Source of the DNA: Bacteroidales bacterium
Lineage (GTDB): Bacteria > Bacteroidota > Bacteroidia > Bacteroidales > P3
Direction: 5' to 3'
DNA length: 64,000 nucleotides
Assembly: GCA_017522065.1 (NCBI GenBank)
Contig: JAFXAD010000055.1
Coordinates: 1,072 to 65,071, forward strand
A model generated the notes under the pieces. The model did no database searches. It was not told the DNA's origin and saw only the letters and a list, made by a program, of their open reading frames with translations. Made by a program: the position numbers and the translations under genes. This document shows, piece after piece, positions 26,601 through 35,654 of this stretch; within the stretch, counting starts at the first letter, position 1, and each line of letters opens with the position of its first letter.

Positions 26601-29600
26601 GCCGTGTCCGAAGACCAGCGGTGCGGATTGAGAGCGGAGGGATGAGAGCTGAGAGTTGATAAGGGAGTCTGTTAAGTTGGCCTGGTCGGTCAGCTCGCTG
26701 GTGCCGGCGAAGAAGCGCACCTGGTTTTCGTCGCGGTCGACGACGACCACCATACGGCGGAAGTCGGTGAGCGGCTCCATAGGTTTCGACTCCAGATGGT
26801 AGTCATTTATATCAAGGTACATACGGCAGCTGTCGCCGTCGGGGAGCAGGCCGAAGGAGATGTCGCTGCCCGAAGTGGAGTGTCCGAAGAGTTCCATCTT
26901 GCTTGCGGGGAGGGGCGAGTAGGGTTTGGCGATGAGGTCGATGCTGAACGACTTGTTGGCCAGCACGCGTGTCACTTCGCTCGAGGCACCGCACGTGGGT
27001 GTTCCGTCGAAGTAGAGCGAGGTGCCCGTCGTGATGCGGCCGCTCGAATTGGTGATGCCGAGCAGCTGGAAGTTGTTGTCCTCGTCGAGGTAGTTGCCGG
27101 CAATGGGCTCGTTGAAGCGCAGCTTGATGTTGTCGGCCACGCCGAGGATGCCGAAGGCCGGTTCGGGCTGGCCGAAGACGCGCGGCGGACGTGTGTCCTT
27201 GGTACCGGTGAGCACGGGCGACGACTTGGTGATGAAGCCCGAGCCGTGGCGGCAGAAGCTCACGGCGCGCAGGTCGTAGTGCTGCTCGATGGGGTCGCGC
27301 TCGCCGTAGAAGTGGATGTTGTCGATGCGGCCGCCGGTAATCATAGCCTTGGTGCCGCTGGCGGCGGCATAGATGGCGCTGTCGTAATAGTAGGAGCAGA
27401 TGGTCACCCACTCGTCGGCGCTCTGCGTCGACAGCTTGTACTGTAGCTCTATGTGGTCGAAGCCGCGGTAGTTGACGTCATAGTCGATGATGCTCACCGG
27501 CAGGTAGTAGCCCGTCGAGTCCTTCGGCGAAAGGGTGTTGAGCACCCAGTTTTCGTGCGGTTGCTCGATGTTGACGTCGCAGCTCACCGGCATAAAGTGT
27601 ACCGAGAACTGGGCCTGGCCTTTGTAATTGACGATGCAGGGCGACTCCAGTTCGATGATGAGGTCCTCGAAGTCGTAGCCGTCGCCGGCATAGACCTCCA
27701 TAGTCTTGGTGATGACCTGCGAGCCGGTGAGCAGTATTTCGCGGCCGTCGGTCAGCGGCATACCGTCGATATAGACGCGGGCGCCGTGGGGGTTGCTTTC
27801 GTCGTTCATCTTCAGCTTAAACCTGATAGGATAATCCACAGCAGTGCCCACGGTGGCCTCGAGCTCGTTGTAGAGTTGGATGGTGAAGATGGCGGGACGG
27901 TCTATCGGCACATTGCTGAGTTCGTGGACGTTGATGTCGACCTTGGGGTTCTCGAGCTTGAGCGTGCCTGCCGAGAGTGGCATCTTGGGGCGGTATAACT
28001 CGGTGCTGTCGGCCACCTCGCAGGGGCATCTGGTAGCGCCGCCGCGCAGGTAGTAGACCAGTGAGCCGTAGAGGTAGTCGTCGCCGTCATAGTCGCCTCC
28101 TTCGCTGACGAAGTCGCGCGTGTCGGCCGAGGCAGTGTTGAAGGCAAAGTCGCTGATGCTCTTCTTCAAACGATAGACGCTGACATCTATATTGCTGTAC
28201 ATATCGGGTGCCAGGGTGAAGCCTATCTCACGTGTGTGCAAGAGGCGCTCCTCGGGGTCGCGTCCGAACTGGAAGTCGATAATGGGTGTCAAAGAAAACT
28301 CAACAGCTGAACCGTGTGAATGGGCTCCAAAATGGTATGGACTGTATTTACCGTGACCATCTGTATTTTCTTCACGTAAATCATTCATAGCGTTTATTAT
28401 CATTTGTCCCACATGAAGACTAAATACATTTGCCAAACTTTTTATCAAGTTGCCTGTGCCCACATTGAAGCCGGGATAGTCACAATAGACGTGGTAAGCA
28501 TCGCTGTAGGAGTAAGTGTCGGTGTGCGAGAGTGTGAGAGGGCCGCTGACAGAATAGGTGGCCACCGAGTCGTGCTGGTTATGGTGAATGGCGGCAACCT
28601 TCTCGGCCTCGTTCTGCAGCAGCAGTTTGGCCCAATCGGCGATGCGACGGTTCAGGTCGCCCACCTCGTCGACATAATACTGCGACGAGTTTTCGGGCAG
28701 CATCTTTACATAGTCGCCACCCCAGTTTGTGTCGCCAGGTGCTACGCGGCTCCAATATACTTGTGTATTGCGTGCGTTGGCGGTAGCCTGTGCGGTGGCA
28801 CTGTCGCAGGTCAGCAGCAAGGCGTCGCGCTGGTGCATCAGCTGCGGGATAAGGTTGTCGCGGATATGGCTGTGGGTGTAGGCGAAGGTGGCAGCCAACG
28901 CGGGGCCGTTCTCCAGTTCGCTGCCGATGACCAGGTAGTAGCGCTGGCCGTTGGTGTCAACGCCTGTGCCCACGGTCTGCATAGTGCCGTTGGCACTGCT
29001 GCCGCCGAGGGCGGTGAATGTCACCGAGTCGAGAGGCTGCACAGCATCCACACGGCGAAAATAGACGTTCTGCACCGCGCCGATATAGACGTCAGCATCC
29101 TGACCGACAAAGTAGGGGTTGTCGCTGGTGCTGATGCGCTCGTTGGTGCGGAAGGTGTAGTTGCCTTCGTGCTTGTAGTAGTAGCTGCTGGTGATGGGCA
29201 GGTTAAAATCATAGGTTGTGCTGAAGTCCATAGACTGGCCGGTATACCAACCGGTATATATACCACCTACTCCACCAACTCCAACAACACCCATAATAAC
29301 ATTGCCATGTGTACCGAGGGTAAGACCGAAATCGAGTCCGAACTTGAACTGGAAGTCGTAGGTGTAGCTGTAGGAGTATTCCGCACCGCTCTCAATATAG
29401 GCGCTGGAGGTGCTTCCCGGCGGGTCGCGCAGCACGTCGAGCAGCTGGATGGTGCCGTGGGTAGAGGTGATGGCGTCGGCTGCGGTGGCGCGGTGACCGG
29501 TCACGTAGCCGCGCACAGCCTGCTGCACCACATACTCGCCCTCGCTCTCGACCGAGAGGTCGAGCACACGCTGCACGTTGGTATCGCTGCGCACAAAGGA

Positions 29601-32600
29601 GACATAGTCGATGGGGATGCTGAAGTCGGCGCTGCCGAGGGTGTCGAGCTCGAGGCTCATCACCTGCGTGTTGGCGTTCTCGTTTTCGTGCATACCGTTG
29701 TAGACCTTCAGGGTGCCGCCCTTGATGCGCACCTCGTCGAGGGCGCCGTTGGGGTCGTTGTTATAGTAATAGTCCTCGTGGGCGTAGGCGCGGAAGTCGT
29801 AGGTGCCACTCTTGAAGACCGGAGCCCCGAAGAGGTAGCTGTAGGTGCCGTCGGCCTGCTTGGTGGCCAAGGGTACCTGGATGATCTGGTTGGTGATGTT
29901 CTGGCGCGCCATAGTGGGCTCGCCGAAGTAGTCCACCTCCATACCCCAGTGCAGCTGCTTGCAGGTGATGCTGATGGGAGCGCGGTAGGTGAGCTTGTAC
30001 TGTGCATTGCTGGTGGTGTAGCGGGCATACTGGCCCCAGGCGTTGGCGCCTGTGGGGGCTTCGCGCACGGTATCGCTCGCGGTGGCGGCATCGCTGAGGT
30101 CGACCACATCGCCCGTACGTCCGCGGCTGAAGAGGGTGGCATAGCCGGTGGCGTTGGCCTGCACAATCTTCCACCGCACGGGGAAGAGGTCGGCGCTGAA
30201 CTCGCCCGTCACCGGGTCGGGCTCGATGACCACGCGACGCAGCTGGTAGTGGACCTGGGTCTGTCCCACAGTGTCCACACCATTCACTCCTCCATACAGG
30301 AGATGAGGAACAGTATATTCGAGTGTGTCCTTGGTGAGGTCGGAGGGCACGCGCACCACATAGCTCACGTTGTCGCCCTCGAGCTCGAGGACCAGGCGGA
30401 GGTTGTCGCCCAGATTGTTGTGCGAGAGGCCGAGGCCGAGGGGCAAAGCCGCTTGGTCGAGACCGCCGCTGACGCGTCCCGTGAGGCGCACCTTGGTCTG
30501 GTCCCACACGCGCACACCGTCGAGCGGTGTGTCGAGGGTGAGCAGGCTGTCGCCATCCATACGCACATAGCCGTCGCCGTCGAAGTGGTGGCCGTCCTTG
30601 ACCACCTGCAGCGTGAAGGCGCTACCCTGCGGCACGCGCAGCTCGAAGTTGCCGTTGGCGTCGGTGCGCACCGGCGAGCCGGCAAAGCGCATCGTCGTGC
30701 CGTTGAGGCGGAAACAGGCGTCGCGCACCGGCACCGAGCTGTTCTCGAAGAGCACACGGCCGGTGAAGCGCACCGAGCTGATGTTGTCGAAGTTAACCCC
30801 CTGCGTATTGCAGCGGCTGAGCGTCAGCGTGATGGTGGCCGACGTGGAGTTGGTATTGTTGTAGCGGAACTGTGCGGTCTGCGAGGTGGGGGTGATGGCA
30901 TATTCCACACCGCCGCCGTAGGGCAGACTGTCGAAGAGGTAGGCACCCGTGGAGTCGGTGGTGACCACCTGCACCGTGGCGCCGTTGTCGGTCCGCGTGG
31001 CAGTGACGGTGATGCCGGGGCATCCGCTGCCGTCCTCGTAGTGCACGCGGCCGGCGATGCGGCCGTAGGGCGAACGCGAGCCGGTGGTGACGTGGCTTGT
31101 GCTGACGGTATTGCCTTCGCAGGTGTAGCTCATCGTCACGCGGTACTGCCACACGGGGCTTATCTGCGGGTCGGCCGTGCGGTCCACCCAGAAGCTGTTG
31201 GTCGTGGTGCCGAGGGTGGTCCAGGCAGCGTTGGGGTCGTTGTCGGGCCGTGTCTCGACGAGGAACTCGTCGACGCCGCCGTCGGTCATCCCCCAGGTGA
31301 GACGCACATATTCGGGCGAAGTCTGGTGCGTGCCGCTGAGGCTATCGAGGTTGGCGGCATTGGTGTAGTAGGGCGTGCTGCTGCCACTGGCGAGTGAAAA
31401 CGTTCCTTTGAGAGGGACATAATAATACAGTGGCAGACTGATGCCGGTTGTGTCGAGCATCCAGGCGTATGAGTAGTGGACGCAAGGACTGTTTGCCACA
31501 TCGGTGTAGGTAAAGCCGACACGTCCGGTATAATAGGTGTTCCAGTCGGGATTGTGTATGACGCGGTAGAGTGCCGCCTTGATGGAGTCGCCTGGCACGG
31601 GGATGCGGATGGTGTCGCCCGTCTCCTGCATAATCTTGAGGATATAGAGTGTGGCACGGTCGTCCCAGTAAGCATGAGGTACGTGGCAATCGTGTCCGCA
31701 CGGACCTTCGTAATTAGAGTTGTACACTTGAATTGACAGATGCACCTTGTGGTTCTCGGCGAAATTGTCGTCGACGCGGTATTCCATATCGTCCATATTG
31801 TCGGAGATGACTGCCAGATAGAGAGTCGGGTTGATGCTTGCGCTGCGGGCATAGTCGTGTCCTGTCCAGCCCCAGATGGCCGACGAGGTGCGGCGCACGC
31901 GGTAGTAGATGGTGTTGCTGTGCTCGACGGGGTTGTACCAGGCGGCGCGGGCGGAGTCGACGTAGGTGAAGGTTTTCTCGTTCGATGCGGTGTCGCCCCA
32001 CTCGATGGGCATCATAGCGATGGTCTGCGCGTCGCTGAAGTCGCTGCTGTAGGCACGCTGCAGCTCGAACATATCGTTCGGCACGATGTCCTCTGCGTTG
32101 GGATAGCGTATCTTCCAGCTGAGCTGCTTGTAGCGGTTGTCGTAATAGGTGATGTTGTCGCCCTCGCGCTGGTAGGAGTAGGTGCTGGCTGTGAAGTCGT
32201 GGATGCGGTGGTAGGCGGGTACGTTGACTTTATTGGACGTGTACCACAGAATGATGTCCGAAGAGTCAGTAGATTCGGAGCTGTGCACCTGCATAAAGAT
32301 GCGGAAGCCGGGCTGCACGGTGTCCTCGGCCTGCAGCCATAGCATACCGCTTTGTTCCTGACAGGGGATCTGTGCCGTGTTCCACGAGGTGTAGTACTTT
32401 ATGGGCTGTTGGAAAGCGACGTAGGGCACCGCTACCTTGCCTGCTGAGTTGGCGCTGTTTTCGTTGTTGGAATAGAAGATGGGGTTTATCAGCTGGGGCT
32501 GCACATCGCGGCTGTTGAGGTTGCTGAAGGTGCCCAGGGTGAAGTTTTTTGTGTATTGGGTTTGGGTAGTTACAGGTGACCCATTGGGGAAAGTAGTCTC

Positions 32601-33137
32601 AGATACTGTTGATTGGAATTGAATACCCGCCGTGATAGTGCTCCCCAGAACCGCCTCTGGCGGATACCAGTCGAACTCGATGTAATACTCTTGTCGGTAG
32701 AGATTCGTGCGCACTTCTTCTGAATTAACTCCCTCCAAATCAGATGTCAGATTGTGCATTTGGATGGTATCGGTATTGAAAGCTGCATTCACGCCATCAC
32801 TTGCCGAAGTGAACACAACGGTTCCCGACATCACTCGGAACTTATGTCCACCAAGATGATAGAGTTCAAGAATAGGCACAGGGGTCTGACCGCCCGCACT
32901 ATAATAGTAGACCTGGCCATTGTTAATTAGACTATAAGTGTAGACTCCGTAATAAAAACGTACAGGAATCCTGAAGTGCAACTTGCCTTGTGCAGTCTTC
33001 ACGGCATCGTAGTAGCTTGAGTCGACTATGCGTTGCACGAACGGACGATCTGTTGGCAGTGCCTGCGCCGACCTGGGCAGCAGCATCGCCGCCATCAGTG
33101 GAATCGCCATTAATAAAGTTTTAAGAAGGTGTTTCAT
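23676..33137 (-). CDS. giant (3153 aa) T9SS cargo protein with CarboxypepD_reg-like, LamG/ConA-like and Ig-like modules plus a type-A CTD
   Basis: Uninterrupted 9.46-kb ORF. Signal peptide MKHLLKTLLMAIPLMAAMLLPRSAQA. GRIAGRVHYEDGSGCPGITVTATRTD...STGAYLF (CarboxypepD_reg-like). ...GAWHHYVLTVNRTQNNAAIYVDGNL (LamG-like). CTD ITAYPIPFTDHVDF...AGVYFATVNNNGTITTIKLIKK. Confidence 0.9.
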   Translation of the reverse strand: MKHLLKTLLMAIPLMAAMLLPRSAQALPTDRPFVQRIVDSSYYDAVKTAQGKLHFRIPVRFYYGVYTYSLINNGQVYYYSAGGQTPVPILELYHLGGHKFRVMSGTVVFTSASDGVNAAFNTDTIQMHNLTSDLEGVNSEEVRTNLYRQEYYIEFDWYPPEAVLGSTITAGIQFQSTVSETTFPNGSPVTTQTQYTKNFTLGTFSNLNSRDVQPQLINPIFYSNNENSANSAGKVAVPYVAFQQPIKYYTSWNTAQIPCQEQSGMLWLQAEDTVQPGFRIFMQVHSSESTDSSDIILWYTSNKVNVPAYHRIHDFTASTYSYQREGDNITYYDNRYKQLSWKIRYPNAEDIVPNDMFELQRAYSSDFSDAQTIAMMPIEWGDTASNEKTFTYVDSARAAWYNPVEHSNTIYYRVRRTSSAIWGWTGHDYARSASINPTLYLAVISDNMDDMEYRVDDNFAENHKVHLSIQVYNSNYEGPCGHDCHVPHAYWDDRATLYILKIMQETGDTIRIPVPGDSIKAALYRVIHNPDWNTYYTGRVGFTYTDVANSPCVHYSYAWMLDTTGISLPLYYYVPLKGTFSLASGSSTPYYTNAANLDSLSGTHQTSPEYVRLTWGMTDGGVDEFLVETRPDNDPNAAWTTLGTTTNSFWVDRTADPQISPVWQYRVTMSYTCEGNTVSTSHVTTGSRSPYGRIAGRVHYEDGSGCPGITVTATRTDNGATVQVVTTDSTGAYLFDSLPYGGGVEYAITPTSQTAQFRYNNTNSTSATITLTLSRCNTQGVNFDNISSVRFTGRVLFENSSVPVRDACFRLNGTTMRFAGSPVRTDANGNFELRVPQGSAFTLQVVKDGHHFDGDGYVRMDGDSLLTLDTPLDGVRVWDQTKVRLTGRVSGGLDQAALPLGLGLSHNNLGDNLRLVLELEGDNVSYVVRVPSDLTKDTLEYTVPHLLYGGVNGVDTVGQTQVHYQLRRVVIEPDPVTGEFSADLFPVRWKIVQANATGYATLFSRGRTGDVVDLSDAATASDTVREAPTGANAWGQYARYTTSNAQYKLTYRAPISITCKQLHWGMEVDYFGEPTMARQNITNQIIQVPLATKQADGTYSYLFGAPVFKSGTYDFRAYAHEDYYYNNDPNGALDEVRIKGGTLKVYNGMHENENANTQVMSLELDTLGSADFSIPIDYVSFVRSDTNVQRVLDLSVESEGEYVVQQAVRGYVTGHRATAADAITSTHGTIQLLDVLRDPPGSTSSAYIESGAEYSYSYTYDFQFKFGLDFGLTLGTHGNVIMGVVGVGGVGGIYTGWYTGQSMDFSTTYDFNLPITSSYYYKHEGNYTFRTNERISTSDNPYFVGQDADVYIGAVQNVYFRRVDAVQPLDSVTFTALGGSSANGTMQTVGTGVDTNGQRYYLVIGSELENGPALAATFAYTHSHIRDNLIPQLMHQRDALLLTCDSATAQATANARNTQVYWSRVAPGDTNWGGDYVKMLPENSSQYYVDEVGDLNRRIADWAKLLLQNEAEKVAAIHHNQHDSVATYSVSGPLTLSHTDTYSYSDAYHVYCDYPGFNVGTGNLIKSLANVFSLHVGQMIINAMNDLREENTDGHGKYSPYHFGAHSHGSAVEFSLTPIIDFQFGRDPEERLLHTREIGFTLAPDMYSNIDVSVYRLKKSISDFAFNTASADTRDFVSEGGDYDGDDYLYGSLVYYLRGGATRCPCEVADSTELYRPKMPLSAGTLKLENPKVDINVHELSNVPIDRPAIFTIQLYNELEATVGTAVDYPIRFKLKMNDESNPHGARVYIDGMPLTDGREILLTGSQVITKTMEVYAGDGYDFEDLIIELESPCIVNYKGQAQFSVHFMPVSCDVNIEQPHENWVLNTLSPKDSTGYYLPVSIIDYDVNYRGFDHIELQYKLSTQSADEWVTICSYYYDSAIYAAASGTKAMITGGRIDNIHFYGERDPIEQHYDLRAVSFCRHGSGFITKSSPVLTGTKDTRPPRVFGQPEPAFGILGVADNIKLRFNEPIAGNYLDEDNNFQLLGITNSSGRITTGTSLYFDGTPTCGASSEVTRVLANKSFSIDLIAKPYSPLPASKMELFGHSTSGSDISFGLLPDGDSCRMYLDINDYHLESKPMEPLTDFRRMVVVVDRDENQVRFFAGTSELTDQANLTDSLINSQLSSLRSQSAPLVFGHGYRGNMLETRVWIKALNQAEIVETHEKPLTGYEKKLAAYYPMNEGRGNTCADLASGSTLTLQGFAWTTPAGYALHLDGTQPVSLDQDIFSRSAIQDYTLMFWFRTEANNAPLFSAGWRQRGYQGVDGFDGTLIAIENGSLRFRNGNMMQQASGNLADGAWHHYVLTVNRTQNNAAIYVDGNLMNTFATDTLSGLSGDMMLGGAWNCDVLNGTIDELVLFEQALPKNLVETYDNIAPYGDEMGLVAWLPFSEQVENSNGIMEEHFSINNRKIFRTTDGTVVEKIQPLVTVPDFSTLNTQFATDEDIAPVRERGLLTKMNFDWSFNQDELLININMLDREINKNNIFITVRNVEDLNGNRTVSPTMWQVYVNKNVLLWSENRLQAVFYETMVDDFELTADIQNISGRRHQFTIEGLPSWMSVSQAYGSINPQETIGLRFTIDHNLPVGIYSEIIYLTDEDGLSEPLKIMVEIKAICPWDDDNPRGYARQMSLRGQVMVDGTYDSDPNDVVVALLGNDIVGRANVDFNAEAGTSYLYLTIHGNEAFEGMPVHFRLWQASTGRIYSLMPSTDVSYQNDATVGLPPAAPVLLSTSANEVQSLDIVQGWNWISFYLEPDSNASVGDLLYSSTPWSQGDQLKSVATQQFAEWDGEQWTGTFYSLDYRQMYLMRTADFHNNTQMAGRRLATDAERTIQLHHGWNAFPYLLNNTLNLTNAMADYIENVTVGDIIKSQTEFAVFSENERWEGSLKVLTPGKGYLLYRNAESTVNFTFRNGNKEAENGKQNAEPDFKSQLSTFNSPATNMTIIAALSPELSAQNSQLTAYINGTPVCSVTPQVVDGDTLFFLTLGTDNAGEITFVIEQDGTQTSVAPISALRSPISVSAVPNRHYGTLTDPVILSTSNSQLSTITAYPIPFTDHVDFTSTDGWADDFTITIYNASGVLIDRITSTRWTPTTTLAAGVYFATVNNNGTITTIKLIKK

Positions 33138-33295
33138 ATAAGTTTTTTATTTAGTTTTGCAGAGATGAGTAGATAAAAACAGCGACGAAATAAAGAAAAG
33201 TACGGAAATTTGTCATATAATTTTTAGGCATTTGCCATCTAATTCTATGACATCGAGTGCATTTGTATTATATTGCTAACCTACAATTATGAGTA

Positions 33296-33303
33296 CAAAT
33301 GTA
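33296..33303 (-). promoter_or_regulatory. Bacteroides-type -7 promoter motif (TACATTTG)
   Basis: About 160 nt upstream of the giant gene ATG at 33137, implying a long 5' leader if used. Confidence 0.3.
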
Positions 33304-33364
33304 CAAATAAAAACGATTTGTTATACGTTTTCAGCAGATTTTTTCCCCGTTGGACAGAACGAGT

Positions 33365-33585
33365 TGAAAGTTGAAATCGCAAGTTATGTTGGGTGGCATT
33401 ACGGGGAAGGAGTCAGGCAATCATTCCTGTAGCCACGACCAGAAGGGCGTCGTAGTCGTCGATGCAACGGGTCTCTCTTTCAAACCCGCTCTCTGTTTTG
33501 TATTCCTCAAGGTCGTTATATTGCATCCCATTCATACAAGAAAAGCCATACAAGGAACTCCTGCATGGCATTGCGAGAATAATTG
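33365..33585. repeat. intergenic repeat element, copy B (partner at 22945-23155)
   Basis: Same orientation as copy A. Lies between the stop of the 476-aa cargo gene and the promoter region of the giant gene. Confidence 0.7.
33533..33569 (-). terminator. probable intrinsic terminator of the 476-aa cargo gene (inside repeat copy B)
   Basis: On the minus strand, GCCATGCAGG-AGTTCC-TTGTATGGC (imperfect stem) followed by TTTTCTTGT. Confidence 0.45.
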
Positions 33586-33600
33586 TTTAAGTGAGATTGT

Positions 33601-35031
33601 TTATTTTTTCACTATTCGTTTTGTTGTGGTGCCTGATGGGGTTGTGATGCGGACAATGTATGTGCCATGAGTCAGGCCGGAGATGTCGACCGTTGCAGAA
33701 ACACCATGTACTGGCGAAGAGAGAATTAGACTCCCGTTGGCTGCGAAAATCTCAATCCTGCGCAAATGGAAGGAGGAGACGACTGTAAGACTTGATGTGG
33801 CAGGGTTGGGGAAGAGGTGTGTGTAGATGTCTACTGGCGTATTTTGCGGTATGACGATGTCTGTTGTTCCGGTAGAGGTGTCTGGAGGAGTGATAAGACG
33901 GAACTGAATGGTGTCGGTCCATTCGCTCGCGGTGTCGGACGTGCAAATGGTACGCAGTCGGGCAGCGTAAGTGACACCGGTGTCGAGGTCCGTTAGGATT
34001 GCCATATTGACAGACAGCGAGTCGATATAGACTGACGGGTCAGGAATGCTGTCGGCGTTGAACACCTGAAGTTGCCATACGGTGGAGTCCTGATGGTTCC
34101 ACGTGAGAGCCGCAGTGGCCGTGTCGATGTGGTCGATACGCAGACCTGTCGGTGGCAGACATTCGATGGTGTCGGGCGGGTTGTATGTATAGGATGTGTC
34201 GAAAATGGCAAAGAATGTAAATATTTCGCCGCCTCCGCCGTAATCGTAACGCATTATTCTAAACATATTCTCTCCATTATCACTGTAAATGTGTCGTTCA
34301 TCGTTCATATTAGTGTCAAGGAATAGACAGTAGCTATAGTCCAGGTCGGGTATATCCCAAGGCCAACTTACCGCACTGTACACGGTTGGCCTGCGAAGAT
34401 ATACTTTTTTAGTAGTGGGGCACAGCGGATTCCACGCAGACTCGGGATAGGTCCAGGGTATTATAATACTGTAGTTGTTAAAGGCTGTGCCTCCGACAAA
34501 AAACAAGGTGTCCACTATGACGGGTTTGTTGAAGTATGCTTCGTATAAAGGGACGTTGATACTTTCTGGCGCTTGAAGAGTCCGCAATGGGTATTCTAAG
34601 CTTTTGTTTGGAGTTGCGGTGTCCCATCGGGTTTCTGCGACGAATCGGACGGAATCCCCTTCAGCGACATAGAGCCGGAAGTATTCGGGTACTCGCCCTT
34701 GTATTGTGGTGTCCAGTTGAGGGTCCTCAGGGTTGACATTGCCAATTCTCGCATGACCTGCTATGCCGATGATTTTTAGAGGCTTCGAAGTCATACAGGC
34801 TCTGCCGATGAATACGCTTCTGCCGGGACCGGTATCAGGTCTATAATTATGATAGTAGTAAGCATAATTATATATCTCGGGGTTCGTTTCCATATAGCGG
34901 TCAATCCAGTTGGTGTCCCAATAGTATAGGTATGGCAGTCGGTCCCCAAAACGTATAACTGTGTCGGTATTCTGTGACGTTGCTGACGCTATGGCAACTA
35001 TCATTACTGCAAGTATTATTGTTTTTTTCAT
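33601..35031 (-). CDS. T9SS cargo protein with a fibronectin-III-like module and type-A CTD
   Basis: Signal peptide. PTGLRIDHIDTATAALTWNHQ...YAARLRTICTSDTASEWTDTIQF (FN3-like). CTD LFPNPATSSLTVV...GTYIVRITTPSGTTTKRIVKK. Confidence 0.8.
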   Translation of the reverse strand: MKKTIILAVMIVAIASATSQNTDTVIRFGDRLPYLYYWDTNWIDRYMETNPEIYNYAYYYHNYRPDTGPGRSVFIGRACMTSKPLKIIGIAGHARIGNVNPEDPQLDTTIQGRVPEYFRLYVAEGDSVRFVAETRWDTATPNKSLEYPLRTLQAPESINVPLYEAYFNKPVIVDTLFFVGGTAFNNYSIIIPWTYPESAWNPLCPTTKKVYLRRPTVYSAVSWPWDIPDLDYSYCLFLDTNMNDERHIYSDNGENMFRIMRYDYGGGGEIFTFFAIFDTSYTYNPPDTIECLPPTGLRIDHIDTATAALTWNHQDSTVWQLQVFNADSIPDPSVYIDSLSVNMAILTDLDTGVTYAARLRTICTSDTASEWTDTIQFRLITPPDTSTGTTDIVIPQNTPVDIYTHLFPNPATSSLTVVSSFHLRRIEIFAANGSLILSSPVHGVSATVDISGLTHGTYIVRITTPSGTTTKRIVKK

Positions 35032-35349
35032 TTTTTTTTGTTTTATTGTTGATGATTATCAATTTTTTACTATTTGCAGATTATGTTTTGGCTTTGGCTT
35101 ATATGTATTGCGTTGTTTAAAGGATTGGTATGCAATAAAATATATTTTTTATTATCTGTTGTATTTATTTGCAAATATAATGAAATTTTTAAAAAAAACA
35201 TATTTTTTTTGCTAAAACAAATTATATAGTATGATAACGATTTGACATTCATTGAGTCTGTGCTCTCTGTGTGGCTGTTTGTGTTAAGACGTTCTGGATT
35301 TTTATCGTTGTACCTTAAATTTTATTTGTTTCTAATAAAAAAAAGTGTG

Positions 35350-35357
35350 TATCTTTG
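35350..35357 (+). promoter_or_regulatory. Bacteroides-type -7 promoter motif (TATCTTTG)
   Basis: 58 nt upstream of the ferredoxin-subunit ATG at 35415. Confidence 0.45.
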
Positions 35358-35414
35358 CAGTCCTGTTTGCAGTAAAATTAACATCAATTATATTAATCAT
35401 ATAAAACTAAAACT

Positions 35415-35633
35415 ATGGCATTTAAAGGACAAATCGTTATCGATACCGAACGCTGCAAAGGCTGCGGTGTGTGCCTCGAGGCATGCCCTATGCATTGCAT
35501 CGAACTATCGAAAAATGTAAATGGCAAGGGTTACAACTACACCCAAACCGTCAACGACAACTGCATCGGTTGTGCTTCTTGCGCAATTGTATGCCCGGAT
35601 GGTGTTATTTCCGTCTACAAGGTTAAATGTTAA
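35415..35633 (+). CDS. 2-oxoacid:ferredoxin oxidoreductase delta subunit (2x[4Fe-4S] ferredoxin)
   Basis: Two CxxCxxCxxxCP motifs (CKGCGVCLEACP, CIGCASCAIVCP). First gene of a four-gene operon. Confidence 0.85.
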   Translation: MAFKGQIVIDTERCKGCGVCLEACPMHCIELSKNVNGKGYNYTQTVNDNCIGCASCAIVCPDGVISVYKVKC

Positions 35634-35654
35634 ACAAGTAAAAAGAATTATAAA

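Noticed and set aside
28404-31397. 997-aa plus-strand ORF, together with other long antisense ORFs (7428-8765, 12760-13704, 21264-22370, 35673-36662, 48853-49662, 50257-51525, 53937-55163).
   Set aside because: Each lies entirely opposite a longer ORF with clear homology or domain structure. Their translations are low-complexity (Ala/Gly/Val/Arg-rich). Stop-free antisense frames are expected in GC3-biased genes.
33138-33370. Possible invertible (phase-variable) promoter upstream of the giant gene; a 7-bp inverted repeat TGTCATA/TATGACA lies near 33211 and 33247.
   Set aside because: The inverted repeats are too short and too close together (about 30 nt). No site-specific recombinase gene is present in the window.
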